Assembly: GCA_021817165.1 (NCBI GenBank)
Contig: JAKAVT010000002.1
Location: forward strand, 43,563 to 107,562
DNA from: Nanobdellota archaeon
Lineage (GTDB): Archaea > Nanobdellota > Nanobdellia > Parvarchaeales > Parvarchaeaceae
Reading direction: 5' to 3'
DNA: 64,000 nucleotides
Below the pieces are notes generated by a model, which saw nothing but the letters and a program-made list of their open reading frames with translations, had not been told where the DNA came from and made no database searches. Positions 20,580 through 30,753 of the stretch are shown here, one piece after another (position 1 is the first letter of the stretch; each line of letters begins with the position of its first letter). A program made the position numbers and the translations under genes.

Positions 20580-22682
20580 TTATTTATATTGGCAGCTGTT
20601 CTGCAGTGAATAATATACATTTTGCTGGCTGCCGGCCGGCAGGGTCCCATTTCCCATGCACGGATAATAGGTATTGCCGTTGTATATCACCGCAGAGCTG
20701 TTAAAATACACGTTTTCGTCGGTGGTGCTGAAGTTTATGGTATTTGAAGAAGACGACTTTAATGTGCCTGCGTACTTTACTGACCATAAAGCACCCGAAG
20801 GCAGGCCGTGTTCTACGAAACTGCTTGTACAATTGTATACTGCGGAGAATGATATTGCCTGGCTGCTGCCGGTAGAAAGCGTGCCGCTGACTACACTTGG
20901 GGTGTAATTTATCAGGCAACCGGTATGAAGATATTCCAGTGTCGGGTAAAGAACTGTAAAGCTGTTGGAGCCTGCTGTAGAAAGAAATGTGATGGCGGAT
21001 GAATTTGAGCCCTTTAATTGACCATTGTAATCAACGCTCCAGTTCAACCCATAAGGTATCCCTGTTGCATGAAACGTAGCAAAACCTAATCCACACGATG
21101 AGCTTGTAGAATACTGTATTTTAAATCTTGAACCTGCGGCAACATAGCCGGATGAGGGACATGGATAGTATGTGCTGCCACCGTAACTTACAGAATTGGC
21201 GGAGAAAGAATATTGACCTGGAGGATTAGTAAATGTTATGTTCAAACTGTACGGTTCTGTTTCTTGTACTCCGTTTAATAAAACCGACCATGATGAGCCG
21301 GAAGGGAGACCTGTTTCCTCAAATGCAGTATAACACGTTTCAGACTCTCCATAGAACAGCGGCAGCGACGAGCCTGACGAAAGAGTGCCTGAAGACTGAA
21401 TAGAATACTTGTCGACGCAGCCACTTGAATTTACGGATGGCTGCGCTACCGTATACGTATAACTGCCAGTAGCAGTTGTAAACGATATGAAACTTGACGT
21501 TGATGACACGTTTGAACCGTCAAAATCGACCCACCATTTTGTTCCCGAAGGTAAATCAAAAGCATCAAATATGGTCGTGCATATGTTATTTGAATTGCAG
21601 CTGTCTTCCGTAAGGGCGCTGCTCCAGTTCCCTATCTGTTCCACGGAGACATTTGCAGGATTTGCTGGATCATAGGTAACATTGCCATAGGGAAGTATGT
21701 TCTCTGAGCTGTTCTCCGGGGTCCATGCCGTAACGTTCCAATAGCTGGAGGCCGGAAGCGCACCTTTAACGTCCAAAGCGCTTATCCCACCAGAACATAT
21801 GTTTACCCAGTCCACTGCCAACTGGTATTCCCCAGAAGGGACATTTATAGATATGGGACCGAAATGGCCGGCAGAGTTGCCTTCCCACGCAGTGCTGCCA
21901 AATACGCTAGTCCATGCACCTCCTGACAACGGTCTGTAAAAAACGGTCGTTCCGTCATTCGTCAGGATTTCAAAGCTTGTACTGCTGGAAAAATATGCGT
22001 CGGTAACTGCAGTATATCCCTGCGTGTTATAAGGCTTTCCGCAGTCTATCAGCCCATTATTCAGATCACTCAACGAATTTGGAAACGGCAATGCAACTTT
22101 TCCTATAAAAACCCCGTTTGCGTAGTATTCCTGCGTTTGAAAGTCAACCCCTATGTATGGGGTGGCAAAGGCGTACGCTACCGAAAACAAGTTTCTCACC
22201 TCCGTTGGGGCAGAACTGAGGCTTTGCGTAAAAATACCGTAAAGAGTGCCCTGGGCTACGCCAGGCTGTTGTAATGCATTGTCCGGCAGGTAATAATTTA
22301 TCACCATTTTTACGCTGTACGTTGAGCCGCCGGTATAAGGACATGCGTTTAACAGCGGGATAAGAAGCTGCCCTCCATCGCTGACGGTTAAATCTACGTT
22401 CCTATAAAGCGTAGAGCCGTTTTGCAGTGTCATGTTTATGCTTGTTATGGTTATCAAATTGCCTTCGGAATTGCCTATTACTACGAACAGACCTATGTTT
22501 TCAAGGCATGTTTGACTCAGGATTGGCATGCCTGCGAACCCGGAATAGCCGACAGTGATGTTTGCCGACGGGTTGAATATTCCTAGATAGTACAAGGTGA
22601 TTACCACAATTACGATTATAAAGATGGCCCAGCCATAGGTCATCATGTACTCCAGAGCAGACTGCGATTTAGATGAACCCAT
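20580..22682 (-). CDS. Class III signal peptide (pilin-like) surface protein with PA14-like domain and four thermopsin-type C-terminal repeats
   Basis: KSQ|SALEYMMTYGWAIFIIVIV prepilin pattern; four FxxxGLPxGxxWSV-type repeats; rich in S/T/N/C. Confidence 0.85.
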   Translation of the reverse strand: MGSSKSQSALEYMMTYGWAIFIIVIVVITLYYLGIFNPSANITVGYSGFAGMPILSQTCLENIGLFVVIGNSEGNLITITSINMTLQNGSTLYRNVDLTVSDGGQLLIPLLNACPYTGGSTYSVKMVINYYLPDNALQQPGVAQGTLYGIFTQSLSSAPTEVRNLFSVAYAFATPYIGVDFQTQEYYANGVFIGKVALPFPNSLSDLNNGLIDCGKPYNTQGYTAVTDAYFSSSTSFEILTNDGTTVFYRPLSGGAWTSVFGSTAWEGNSAGHFGPISINVPSGEYQLAVDWVNICSGGISALDVKGALPASSYWNVTAWTPENSSENILPYGNVTYDPANPANVSVEQIGNWSSALTEDSCNSNNICTTIFDAFDLPSGTKWWVDFDGSNVSSTSSFISFTTATGSYTYTVAQPSVNSSGCVDKYSIQSSGTLSSGSSLPLFYGESETCYTAFEETGLPSGSSWSVLLNGVQETEPYSLNITFTNPPGQYSFSANSVSYGGSTYYPCPSSGYVAAGSRFKIQYSTSSSCGLGFATFHATGIPYGLNWSVDYNGQLKGSNSSAITFLSTAGSNSFTVLYPTLEYLHTGCLINYTPSVVSGTLSTGSSQAISFSAVYNCTSSFVEHGLPSGALWSVKYAGTLKSSSSNTINFSTTDENVYFNSSAVIYNGNTYYPCMGNGTLPAGSQQNVYYSLQNSCQYK

Positions 22683-22788
22683 AACCTAGTTACAATAATA
22701 CATATATAAATTAAATTACTTTACTGCCGGCTCAACCGTAGAAAATGGCGGCACTTATACTAAGCCTGTTTAAACAGACGCAGTGCCT

Positions 22789-23061
22789 TTAAATTATGTC
22801 TTCTTCTGCAACTACTACGAAATCCCCTATGGATATGACTGCACTGTACGGTATTTCCTCAAAGCCTTTTTCATCTTTTTCGAATTGAAACGTATTCGCA
22901 TAAGAGGTAGGGCTTTTTACCGACAAGTAAACCAATTCACCCGTTCTAACCTCATATATAAGGTCCTGCACGATTCCTATCTTCTTTCCGCTTTTTCCCA
23001 CTATCGTTTTACCAACTATAGTTTTTGCATCTATTTTTTCTCCCTTTGTTACGCCTGCCAT
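22789..23061 (-). CDS. PRC-barrel domain protein (CdpB-like cell division candidate)
   Basis: IVGKTIVGKSGKKIGIVQDL...TGEL...IPYSAVISIGDFVVV; SD AGGAGG upstream of ATG 23061. Confidence 0.88.
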   Translation of the reverse strand: MAGVTKGEKIDAKTIVGKTIVGKSGKKIGIVQDLIYEVRTGELVYLSVKSPTSYANTFQFEKDEKGFEEIPYSAVISIGDFVVVAEEDII

Positions 23062-23118
23062 AATCAACCTCCTTGATGATTTTACTAATAATTTTATATT
23101 AATATAATTAACTGGTTC

Positions 23119-23631
23119 TTAACTTAAAAAGCTTTTACCATCGTTTAGGAATATAAAGTACCTGTCATTTTCAATATAGCCACTTTCGAAGGGATTTAAA
23201 CCGCTAAGATCTATCTTTGATACTTTCAATACTGATATTACAAGCTGGCCGTTCTTGGCGGTGAGACCGAACAGCTTTTTTATTACGCCGCTTCTTTCCG
23301 TTTCTGCTATGTCCTGCAGGACGGTAACGCAGAAAACGACGTCGAACTTTCCGTCGTAATCAAAATCCTGTATCCTTTTCTTTTCCACTGAAACGTTCCT
23401 TAACCTCTTCTTTAGTATAATGTCCGCCATGTCAGACGGCTCAACAGCAATTATCTTGTTTTCCGGCAGAAGCGATTCAAGTATGCCTGAACCTGCTCCG
23501 ACATCAAGTATCCTGCTGCCTTCCTTTATTTCTATCCTCGACAGAAGAAAGCGGATCTTATTTTCCTGCTCCCTTTCGTAGAGCCGTTCATAGCTTTTAC
23601 TTATGGCACTGTAATACGGTATAGAATCCAT
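23119..23631 (-). CDS. Class I SAM-dependent methyltransferase
   Basis: ILDVGAGSG, KFDVVFCVTVLQD. Start moved to ATG 23631, just after the proS stop. Confidence 0.88.
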   Translation of the reverse strand: MDSIPYYSAISKSYERLYEREQENKIRFLLSRIEIKEGSRILDVGAGSGILESLLPENKIIAVEPSDMADIILKKRLRNVSVEKKRIQDFDYDGKFDVVFCVTVLQDIAETERSGVIKKLFGLTAKNGQLVISVLKVSKIDLSGLNPFESGYIENDRYFIFLNDGKSFLS

Positions 23632-23632
23632 T

Positions 23633-25066
23633 TTAATACGACTTTGCAAAATATGCGTTAACTTTTGCATCCTTGCCGCAGAATATGCACTTGTCATTTA
23701 TCAACTTTTCAACTTCCAACGGTATCAGCCTCGACGTGGCCCCTGTTTCGTTTTTTATCTTTTCTTCGCATTCCGGAGAACCGCACCAAGAAGCTTTTGC
23801 TATGTATAAGCTTTCTTTAAGCGCTTTTACGAACCTTTCCTTTGAATCTTCTTCCTTTATCCTTTTTTTACTGTCTTCTTTGGCATTTTGAAGCATTTCT
23901 GCGTGTATGCTCTCAAGTTTTTCCTTTGTTTTTTCTATCTCATCGAATGACAGCAGTGACTGTTCGTTATTTAGCCTCGTCTTCAGGGACAGGTTTTTTG
24001 AATCTAACTCCCTTTTACCAACCTGTATTTTCAATGGCACTCCCTTTAAGTCGTACTCATTAAGCTTCCAGCCTGGGGAGTATTCTTCCCTGCCATCAAG
24101 AATCACTCGTATTCCCATTTCTTTTAGCTTCGATTCTATCTTCTTGCAGTACTCCATGATCTTATCCTTTTCGTCCTTTAGTATTGGTATTATAACACAC
24201 TGGTATGGAGCTATGTGCGGAGAAAGGACGAGTCCTTTGTTGTCTCCATGTACAAGCAGCATTATGCCTATGGAACGCATTGAAATGCCCCAGGAAGTTT
24301 GAAAAGGATACTGCAATTCGTTCTTTTCGTCCAAAAACTTTATGTCAAAAGGCTTGGAAAAGTTCTGTCCAAGATAGTGAGAAGTAGCTGCCTGCGACAT
24401 AAAATTATTGGGCAGTACTGCTTCTACGGTATACGTAGTAACTGCGCCGGCAAACTTTTCACCCTCGCTTTTTCTGCCAGTTAATACCGGAACTGCAAGC
24501 ATTTCTTCAAGGAACTGTTTGTAAAAATTCAATATATCTCTGGCATTTTTATCTGCTTCTTCTGCGGTCTTAAAAACGCAATGACCCTCTTGCCATAGAT
24601 TTTCTCTTCCTCTTAAGAATAGCCTAGTTTCCTTTGTTTCCCACCTAACCATAGTATTCCACTGATTTATCAGCAACGGAAGGTCTCTATAGCTTTTTAT
24701 CCACTTAGAATAGCTGTCATACATTATAGTTTCAGAGGTAGGCCGTATCGCAAGCCTCTCTTCCAGTTTAGTGTCTCCGCCCATGGTAACCCATGCTACT
24801 TCTGGATTAAAGCCGGCTATGTGCTCCTTTTCTTTTGATAGTATGCTTTCCGGTATTAAAAGCGGAAAATATGCGTTTTTTACTCCTACGGACTTAAATT
24901 TGCTGTCTAGATAGTCAACGGTCCTCTCCCACATTTCATAGCCGTATGGACGGTAGACCGCGAAGCCCTTCACCGCCGAGAAATCCGCCATCTCAGATTT
25001 AATGACGACCTGATTATACCACGATATCAAATCTTGTTCTTTCTTTATTTCTATTCCTTCTGCCAT
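23633..25066 (-). CDS. proS: Proline--tRNA ligase (archaeal/eukaryotic type)
   Basis: RPTSET, RWETKETRLFLR, WQEGH, TSWGIS, terminal AKSY. Confidence 0.98.
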   Translation of the reverse strand: MAEGIEIKKEQDLISWYNQVVIKSEMADFSAVKGFAVYRPYGYEMWERTVDYLDSKFKSVGVKNAYFPLLIPESILSKEKEHIAGFNPEVAWVTMGGDTKLEERLAIRPTSETIMYDSYSKWIKSYRDLPLLINQWNTMVRWETKETRLFLRGRENLWQEGHCVFKTAEEADKNARDILNFYKQFLEEMLAVPVLTGRKSEGEKFAGAVTTYTVEAVLPNNFMSQAATSHYLGQNFSKPFDIKFLDEKNELQYPFQTSWGISMRSIGIMLLVHGDNKGLVLSPHIAPYQCVIIPILKDEKDKIMEYCKKIESKLKEMGIRVILDGREEYSPGWKLNEYDLKGVPLKIQVGKRELDSKNLSLKTRLNNEQSLLSFDEIEKTKEKLESIHAEMLQNAKEDSKKRIKEEDSKERFVKALKESLYIAKASWCGSPECEEKIKNETGATSRLIPLEVEKLINDKCIFCGKDAKVNAYFAKSY

Positions 25067-25174
25067 TAGTTTTTAATGGCATTTTAATTAATAAAGCTTA
25101 CCCGCTGTTGTTTATACAAAATACCCTATGCTGTCGATAAAGTATAAAAACAAGCAGTTATTTCCTTTATCTAT

Positions 25175-27895
25175 ATGCCAAGATATCAGCCTGAAGAGAT
25201 AGAAAAAAAATGGAGAAACGCATACGAAGAGAAGAAGCTTTATGAGGCGGATGCCGATGAGAAAAGGGAAAAGTTCTTTGTAACTGTTCCGGTCATGTAT
25301 CCAGATGGAAGATTACATACTGGGCACATGTACACCTGGACTAGGGCGGACATATTCGCAAGGTTCCAGAGAATGAAGGGAAAAAACGTTTTGTTTCCGC
25401 AGGGCTTTCACATGACTGGCGGGCCGATGGCGGGAATGTCTCTGCGTTTAAAAAGCGGGGACGAAAAGGCAATAAAGATAATGAAGGACCAGGGAGCAAC
25501 CGAAGACGATATAAAAAGGTTCGCTGGCAATCCATTGGAATTAGGGTTGTTCTTTGGAAAAACCTATAAAAGCGATTTTGATTTGGTCGGAACGTCTATA
25601 GACTGGAGAAGAAATTTCATACTGTCGTATACTGAGCAGTATTCAAAATTCGTAGAGTGGCAGTTCAGAACACTCAGGGAAATGGGATATATAACGCAGG
25701 GCAGCCATCCGGTAGTGTGGTGCCCGAGAGAGAACACCTCTTTGGGGGATCATGACCGGGCAGAAGGGGAAGGGGAGAGCCCTCTTGAATTTACCATAAT
25801 CAAATTTAAAATCGACGGCCTTATACTGCCAGCTGCGACATTGAGGCCTGAGACTATATACGGCGTAAGCAACCTATGGATAAATGAACAGGGAGAATAC
25901 AAAAAAGTGAGGTTTTCAAATGGAGAAGAGTGGATAGTTTCAAAGGAGTTCACTGAAAAATTACCGTTTCAAAAAAACGTGGCGGAGAAAATAGAGGACT
26001 TCGGAATATCCGAACTAGTGGGCAAAACCGCCATAAACCCTGTAAATAAAGAGGAAGTGCCGATACTAAATGCAGAGTTTGTAAAAACCGACAGAAACAC
26101 CGGCATAGTGATGAGCGTGCCTATGCACGCTCCATTTGATTATGATTACTACAATAAGAAAAAAGCGGATGTTAAGTTGAAGGAACCGCTTAAGGTAATA
26201 GACGTAAAAACGAATCCAAACTTGATGGAAGAAGCGATTAAGCGCTTTGGAGCGGGTGAAAAAGAGCTTGAAAACGCCACAAAATACGTTTATAAAACTG
26301 AGTTCAACTATGGGATAATGAATGAAAACAATGGGCCTTTAAGCGGCAGACCGGTCAAAGAAGCAAAAGAGTACGCCATTGAACTGATAAAAGAAAAAGG
26401 TGCGTATGACAATTTCTATGAAACGTCCGGAGAGGTTATATGCAGATGCGGCGCAAGGGGGCTGATAAAACTGGTGGAGAACCAGTGGTTTATACGCTAT
26501 TCCGACAAGAAACTGAAGGAAAAGACGATAGACTGGCTGCAAAATATGGACGTAAGGCCGGAGGAAGCAAAGGCCCAGATAATAAACGCTGTATACAACA
26601 TGGAAGACAAAGCTGCAACTAGAAATGGTGGCTTAGGCACTCCATTGCCTTGGGACAAAACTTGGCTTATAGAACCTTTAAGTGACTCCACTATATATAT
26701 GGCCTATTACACGTTTGCGCACCTCATAAAGGAGATGAAACCTGAAGAGATAAGCGACTCGATGTTTGATTACATACTTTTGGACAAAAAACCGGACAAA
26801 AAATTCCCAGAAATTGTGGAAAAAATGAAAAGGGAATTTGAGTACTGGTACCCTCTTGACTTGAGAGTAACTGCAAAGGAGCTGATAACAAACCACATAG
26901 CTTTCTTCATAATGACACACGTAGCGATGTTCAACAAAGACAAATGGCCAAGGGGTCTGGGAATAAACGGCTGGCTTACGGTAAACGGAAAGAAGATGAG
27001 CAAATCAAAGGGGAATACTATGACTATAGATTACGTGGTTAACAATTACGGAGCGGATTCTGCCAGGTTGATATCGTCTGCATCCAATGGCATGGATGAT
27101 GCTGCTTGGGATCTAAACAACATAAATGGCTTCAAGCAGAAAATAGAGTTCATGCTGGAGCTTACAGAGGTTATAGAAAGCTTTTCCGAGGATAAAAGAC
27201 TGGTTGATGAATTTCTTCTGTCCAGAATAAATTACCTTATAGAAAACAGCGAGAAGGCCTACAACTCCATGAAATATAAGAATTCCCTCAACTATTCCTT
27301 CTTCGAATTCATAGAAAACGTCAAGGATTACATTGATTATGGAGGAAACAACAAGGATACACTAAAGTATGCAATAACCGTATTCTCAAAACTTAACCAC
27401 CCCTTGTTTCCGTTTGTGACGGAAGAGATAAACAATGCCTTAAACAAAGGAGATCTTCTGGAAAGATATAGGAGCTGGCCTGAAATAAATGAAGAATACA
27501 AAAATGAATTGGTTGAAAATGAATTTGAAGTATTGAAGCAGACTATAAACGATATAAACAACCTCATAAACATAATAGACAAAGACCCAAAGGAGATAAT
27601 AATAGGGATAGCCGGAAAAGAGAAGTTCGGCATATACAACAAAATAGAAGAGATAACACATAGGAGCAGGGACATAAAAGAGATAAGAAAGGCGGTTCAA
27701 ATAAACGACTTTGTAAACAAACTTCTTAAAAACCCGAAGAGGCTGCCGAACAAAAAACTTGACTATGAACTTGAAATGAAGGTATTCACTGAATCAAAAA
27801 GCAAATTAAAAGAGATGTACAATGCGGAGATAAAAATAGAGGAAAGCAATGAAGACAGGGCATTTCCAGGAAAACCGATGCTTGTAATAAAATGA
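25175..27895 (+). CDS. leuS: Leucine--tRNA ligase
   Basis: HTGH (HIGH), KMSKS, DHDRAEGEG, ATLRPET and the editing-domain motif HAPFD. Confidence 0.97.
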   Translation: MPRYQPEEIEKKWRNAYEEKKLYEADADEKREKFFVTVPVMYPDGRLHTGHMYTWTRADIFARFQRMKGKNVLFPQGFHMTGGPMAGMSLRLKSGDEKAIKIMKDQGATEDDIKRFAGNPLELGLFFGKTYKSDFDLVGTSIDWRRNFILSYTEQYSKFVEWQFRTLREMGYITQGSHPVVWCPRENTSLGDHDRAEGEGESPLEFTIIKFKIDGLILPAATLRPETIYGVSNLWINEQGEYKKVRFSNGEEWIVSKEFTEKLPFQKNVAEKIEDFGISELVGKTAINPVNKEEVPILNAEFVKTDRNTGIVMSVPMHAPFDYDYYNKKKADVKLKEPLKVIDVKTNPNLMEEAIKRFGAGEKELENATKYVYKTEFNYGIMNENNGPLSGRPVKEAKEYAIELIKEKGAYDNFYETSGEVICRCGARGLIKLVENQWFIRYSDKKLKEKTIDWLQNMDVRPEEAKAQIINAVYNMEDKAATRNGGLGTPLPWDKTWLIEPLSDSTIYMAYYTFAHLIKEMKPEEISDSMFDYILLDKKPDKKFPEIVEKMKREFEYWYPLDLRVTAKELITNHIAFFIMTHVAMFNKDKWPRGLGINGWLTVNGKKMSKSKGNTMTIDYVVNNYGADSARLISSASNGMDDAAWDLNNINGFKQKIEFMLELTEVIESFSEDKRLVDEFLLSRINYLIENSEKAYNSMKYKNSLNYSFFEFIENVKDYIDYGGNNKDTLKYAITVFSKLNHPLFPFVTEEINNALNKGDLLERYRSWPEINEEYKNELVENEFEVLKQTINDINNLINIIDKDPKEIIIGIAGKEKFGIYNKIEEITHRSRDIKEIRKAVQINDFVNKLLKNPKRLPNKKLDYELEMKVFTESKSKLKEMYNAEIKIEESNEDRAFPGKPMLVIK

Positions 27896-28024
27896 AAGGA
27901 ACTTATCTAACGGTTATAAGCATTTTTACGTTGTTGGCAAGCATTATACTCATTTTTGTCTTTCACATATTCATTTTCATACTGTTTTTATTCTTTCCCT
28001 TCTTTAATCTATTCAGGAGAAAAA

Positions 28025-28819
28025 ATGGAAAAAGGAAGACTGGACAAGGGCTTTGATATTATAGGGGACATAGCCATAGTAAAATTTGATGGGAAGCTTT
28101 CAAAAAAGCAGAAGCTGCTGGCAGTAAAAAACATCCTAAGTAAAAACAAAAACGTAAAAAGGATAATTGAAAAGACAGGAATGACGCATGGAGAAGAAAG
28201 GATACCAAAATTAAAGCAGTTGATAGGAAAAGGCAGCACCGCACTGCACAAGGAAAACGGCTGCCGTTTTTACGTCGACGTAAAAAAAGTATATTTTTCT
28301 CCAAGAATGTCAAATGAAAGGTTAAGGGTCATAAAACAAGTCAAAAAGGAGGAAACTGTGCTGGACATGTTCTGCGGCGTCGGCCCATTTGCAATACCTA
28401 TTGCGAAAAAAGCAGATAAAGTGACTGCGATAGACATAAACAGGAATGCCATAAAATTACTCGAGAAAAACATTGAACTGAACAAAGTCTCAAACATAGA
28501 TTATTACTGCGGAGATTCAGGCAAAATAGCCAAAAAATTGCGCGGGAAATTTGACAGGATAATAATGAACTTCCCGCTTTACGCATATAAATTCCTTGGA
28601 ACTGCTGTAAAAAAATGCAACGACAATGCAGTGATACACCTATATTCGTTCATAAAGGACGGAAACGCAGAAGTTATAAGAAACGAAATAATAAAAGCGT
28701 GCGGCAAGCATTTCAAGGATGTAAAAATAAGCGAATACAGGGCCGGAGAAGTGGCTCCTTTCCTCGAAAGGCGCTGCTTCGACATTTCATTAACAGATAA
28801 GATTACCAGAAGGCGCTAA
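28025..28819 (+). CDS. Trm5/Taw2 family tRNA methyltransferase (apparently lacking the N-terminal D1 domain)
   Basis: FDIIGDIAIV, HKENGCRF, VYFSPRM, LDMFCGVGPF, IMNFP; likely ATG at 28025. Confidence 0.9.
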   Translation: MEKGRLDKGFDIIGDIAIVKFDGKLSKKQKLLAVKNILSKNKNVKRIIEKTGMTHGEERIPKLKQLIGKGSTALHKENGCRFYVDVKKVYFSPRMSNERLRVIKQVKKEETVLDMFCGVGPFAIPIAKKADKVTAIDINRNAIKLLEKNIELNKVSNIDYYCGDSGKIAKKLRGKFDRIIMNFPLYAYKFLGTAVKKCNDNAVIHLYSFIKDGNAEVIRNEIIKACGKHFKDVKISEYRAGEVAPFLERRCFDISLTDKITRRR

Positions 28820-28832
28820 TTTGTTGCTTGCA

Positions 28833-29807
28833 TCATCTGTAATAAGAATCCCATTTTGGAGCGTAGAAATCTACTCTTGGAAAACTCACCTTAAACCCGT
28901 AACAGCTGTATACCATTATGTTCTTTACGTACTTTAGAAGGGCCCAGTTTTGCTTTTTTATTTTGTTGAGGACGATGTCCGCTGTGGAAAGAGACTCAAA
29001 AAAATGGTAAAGCTCCTCCTTTTTAAGGACCTGCGGAGCCTTTTCTGCAAGCCATATCTCGAAGTTCTTTGCTTCCATGTCGGATGCAAAATATATCTCA
29101 GTGTTTTCTACTTTGCCGGCAAATACAGAGGTTATCTTATCAAAAATGGAGTCATCTGAATTCCTGAAAGTGTCCATATGGGCTGCATTGGTTATGGACA
29201 CGGTGTCCAAATCCGTTATTATACTTGAGAGGTTCCCCTTGGCTCCCATTACTATACTGTCAATAAGGCTCTCATTTATCCTCATTTTGTTGTACAAAAC
29301 AAGCTTAACTGCAAATGCCTTTAATACCCGGTTGTTCAGCTTATAAAATCTTATCATTTCATAACCTGAAAGATATTTTTTGTATTTGCCGCGGAATATC
29401 TCGCCAGTCTCCGACTCGAATATTATTATAGAATTGCCTCCGATTGAATTAATCTTCTGCGCTATGGAAGGGTCTACTGACAATAATTTTTCCATGTCCT
29501 CAATGTATATAACCTTCCTATCAGGCTGAAATAGCGATTTTGAGACGGCCGATCTTTTTATGCTTTCCAGTATTAAAGAAGAGACGCTCTGGGTATCATC
29601 AGATAATTCATATAAATTTATGACCTCGAAAGCGGCCTTTAGCTCGTTTGCAATCGCCTCTGCAAGGAAGTTCTTGCCTGTTCCTGCAGGGCCGTTGAAT
29701 ATAAACTTGGATTTTCCGCTTTTGACCGCTGATAATGCCTTTGCAGAAATGCTGTTGGAATAATTCTCTACAAACATCTTTATTTCCGGTTTGAATAAAG
29801 ATATCAT
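28833..29807 (-). CDS. rfcL: Replication factor C large subunit (short, degenerate)
   Basis: Overlaps the rfcS stop; GPAGTGKN P-loop, AEAIANEL, AKGNL, WLAEK, ADIVL...NWALLKY. Confidence 0.8.
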   Translation of the reverse strand: MISLFKPEIKMFVENYSNSISAKALSAVKSGKSKFIFNGPAGTGKNFLAEAIANELKAAFEVINLYELSDDTQSVSSLILESIKRSAVSKSLFQPDRKVIYIEDMEKLLSVDPSIAQKINSIGGNSIIIFESETGEIFRGKYKKYLSGYEMIRFYKLNNRVLKAFAVKLVLYNKMRINESLIDSIVMGAKGNLSSIITDLDTVSITNAAHMDTFRNSDDSIFDKITSVFAGKVENTEIYFASDMEAKNFEIWLAEKAPQVLKKEELYHFFESLSTADIVLNKIKKQNWALLKYVKNIMVYSCYGFKVSFPRVDFYAPKWDSYYR

Positions 29808-30751
29808 ACCTGTTTAAGGCTGGCCAAAAAAGCAAGAAAGGCCTGGAACTGTATAAATGGCGTTGCTCCTTCTACTATCCTGTAATCCGTCTCTGCAAGT
29901 TTCTCGAAAACGTAATTCTTTACCTTGTCATTTACTATGTCGGTGGTTGAGATTATATTAAAAATAGATATCAAAAGCTCCTTCATGTTTATTCCATTGT
30001 CTATTATTTCCGAGAATATCTCCCTTGATTTCTTGAAATCTCCTGACAATGCCGTCTTCAATCCATCCATCGTCTTCGAAACGTCCATCAATCCGCTGCT
30101 TTGCAAAACGGCTTTGGCATCTATCTTTTTGGAAACGTTTGAAAGCGACTGCATGAGATTTACGAGAGTTCTTAAATCTCCCCTGGAAACGTAGTCCAAT
30201 GCATCCATTGCTTCTTTGTCCACGTCCAATTTCTCGCTATCCGCAATCCTTTCTATAAACTTATGCACGTCCTCTTTCGAAAGCGGCTGGAACCTTAAAA
30301 TTGCACATCTTGATTGTAAAGGTTCTATTATGTTACTTTGATAATTAACGCTGAATACAAACCGGCACGTTGCACTGTACTCTTCCATCATCCTACGCAA
30401 TGCCTGCTGTGCTTCCTGCGTCAATGAATCGGCTTCATCGAAAAGGATTATCTTAAAAGGAGCGTCTATAGGCTTTGTCCGTGCAAACTCTTTCACCTTG
30501 CCCTGTATAACGCTTAATTTTCTGTCATCAGACGCATTTAACTCGATGAAATTCTGATTCCATACCGGACCGAATACTGCTTTTGCTAACACTACGGCCG
30601 AAGTCGTTTTGCCGACGCCCGGTGGTCCAGAGAGAATCATGTGCTGTATGTCTTTTTTCCCGGCCATGGCCTTTAATTTCTCTACTATCTCCTTCTGCCC
30701 TATTATCTCATCGAAGGATTGCGGCCTATATTTTTCTATCCAGAGCGCCAT
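29804..30751 (-). CDS. rfcS: Replication factor C small subunit
   Basis: WIEKYRP, GPPGVGKT, ELNASD, DEAD, LQSRC. Confidence 0.97.
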   Translation of the reverse strand: MALWIEKYRPQSFDEIIGQKEIVEKLKAMAGKKDIQHMILSGPPGVGKTTSAVVLAKAVFGPVWNQNFIELNASDDRKLSVIQGKVKEFARTKPIDAPFKIILFDEADSLTQEAQQALRRMMEEYSATCRFVFSVNYQSNIIEPLQSRCAILRFQPLSKEDVHKFIERIADSEKLDVDKEAMDALDYVSRGDLRTLVNLMQSLSNVSKKIDAKAVLQSSGLMDVSKTMDGLKTALSGDFKKSREIFSEIIDNGINMKELLISIFNIISTTDIVNDKVKNYVFEKLAETDYRIVEGATPFIQFQAFLAFLASLKQV

Positions 30752-30753
30752 AA

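Noticed and set aside
20486-20704. 72-aa ORF
   Set aside because: It overlaps tRNA-Thr and the end of the adhesin gene.
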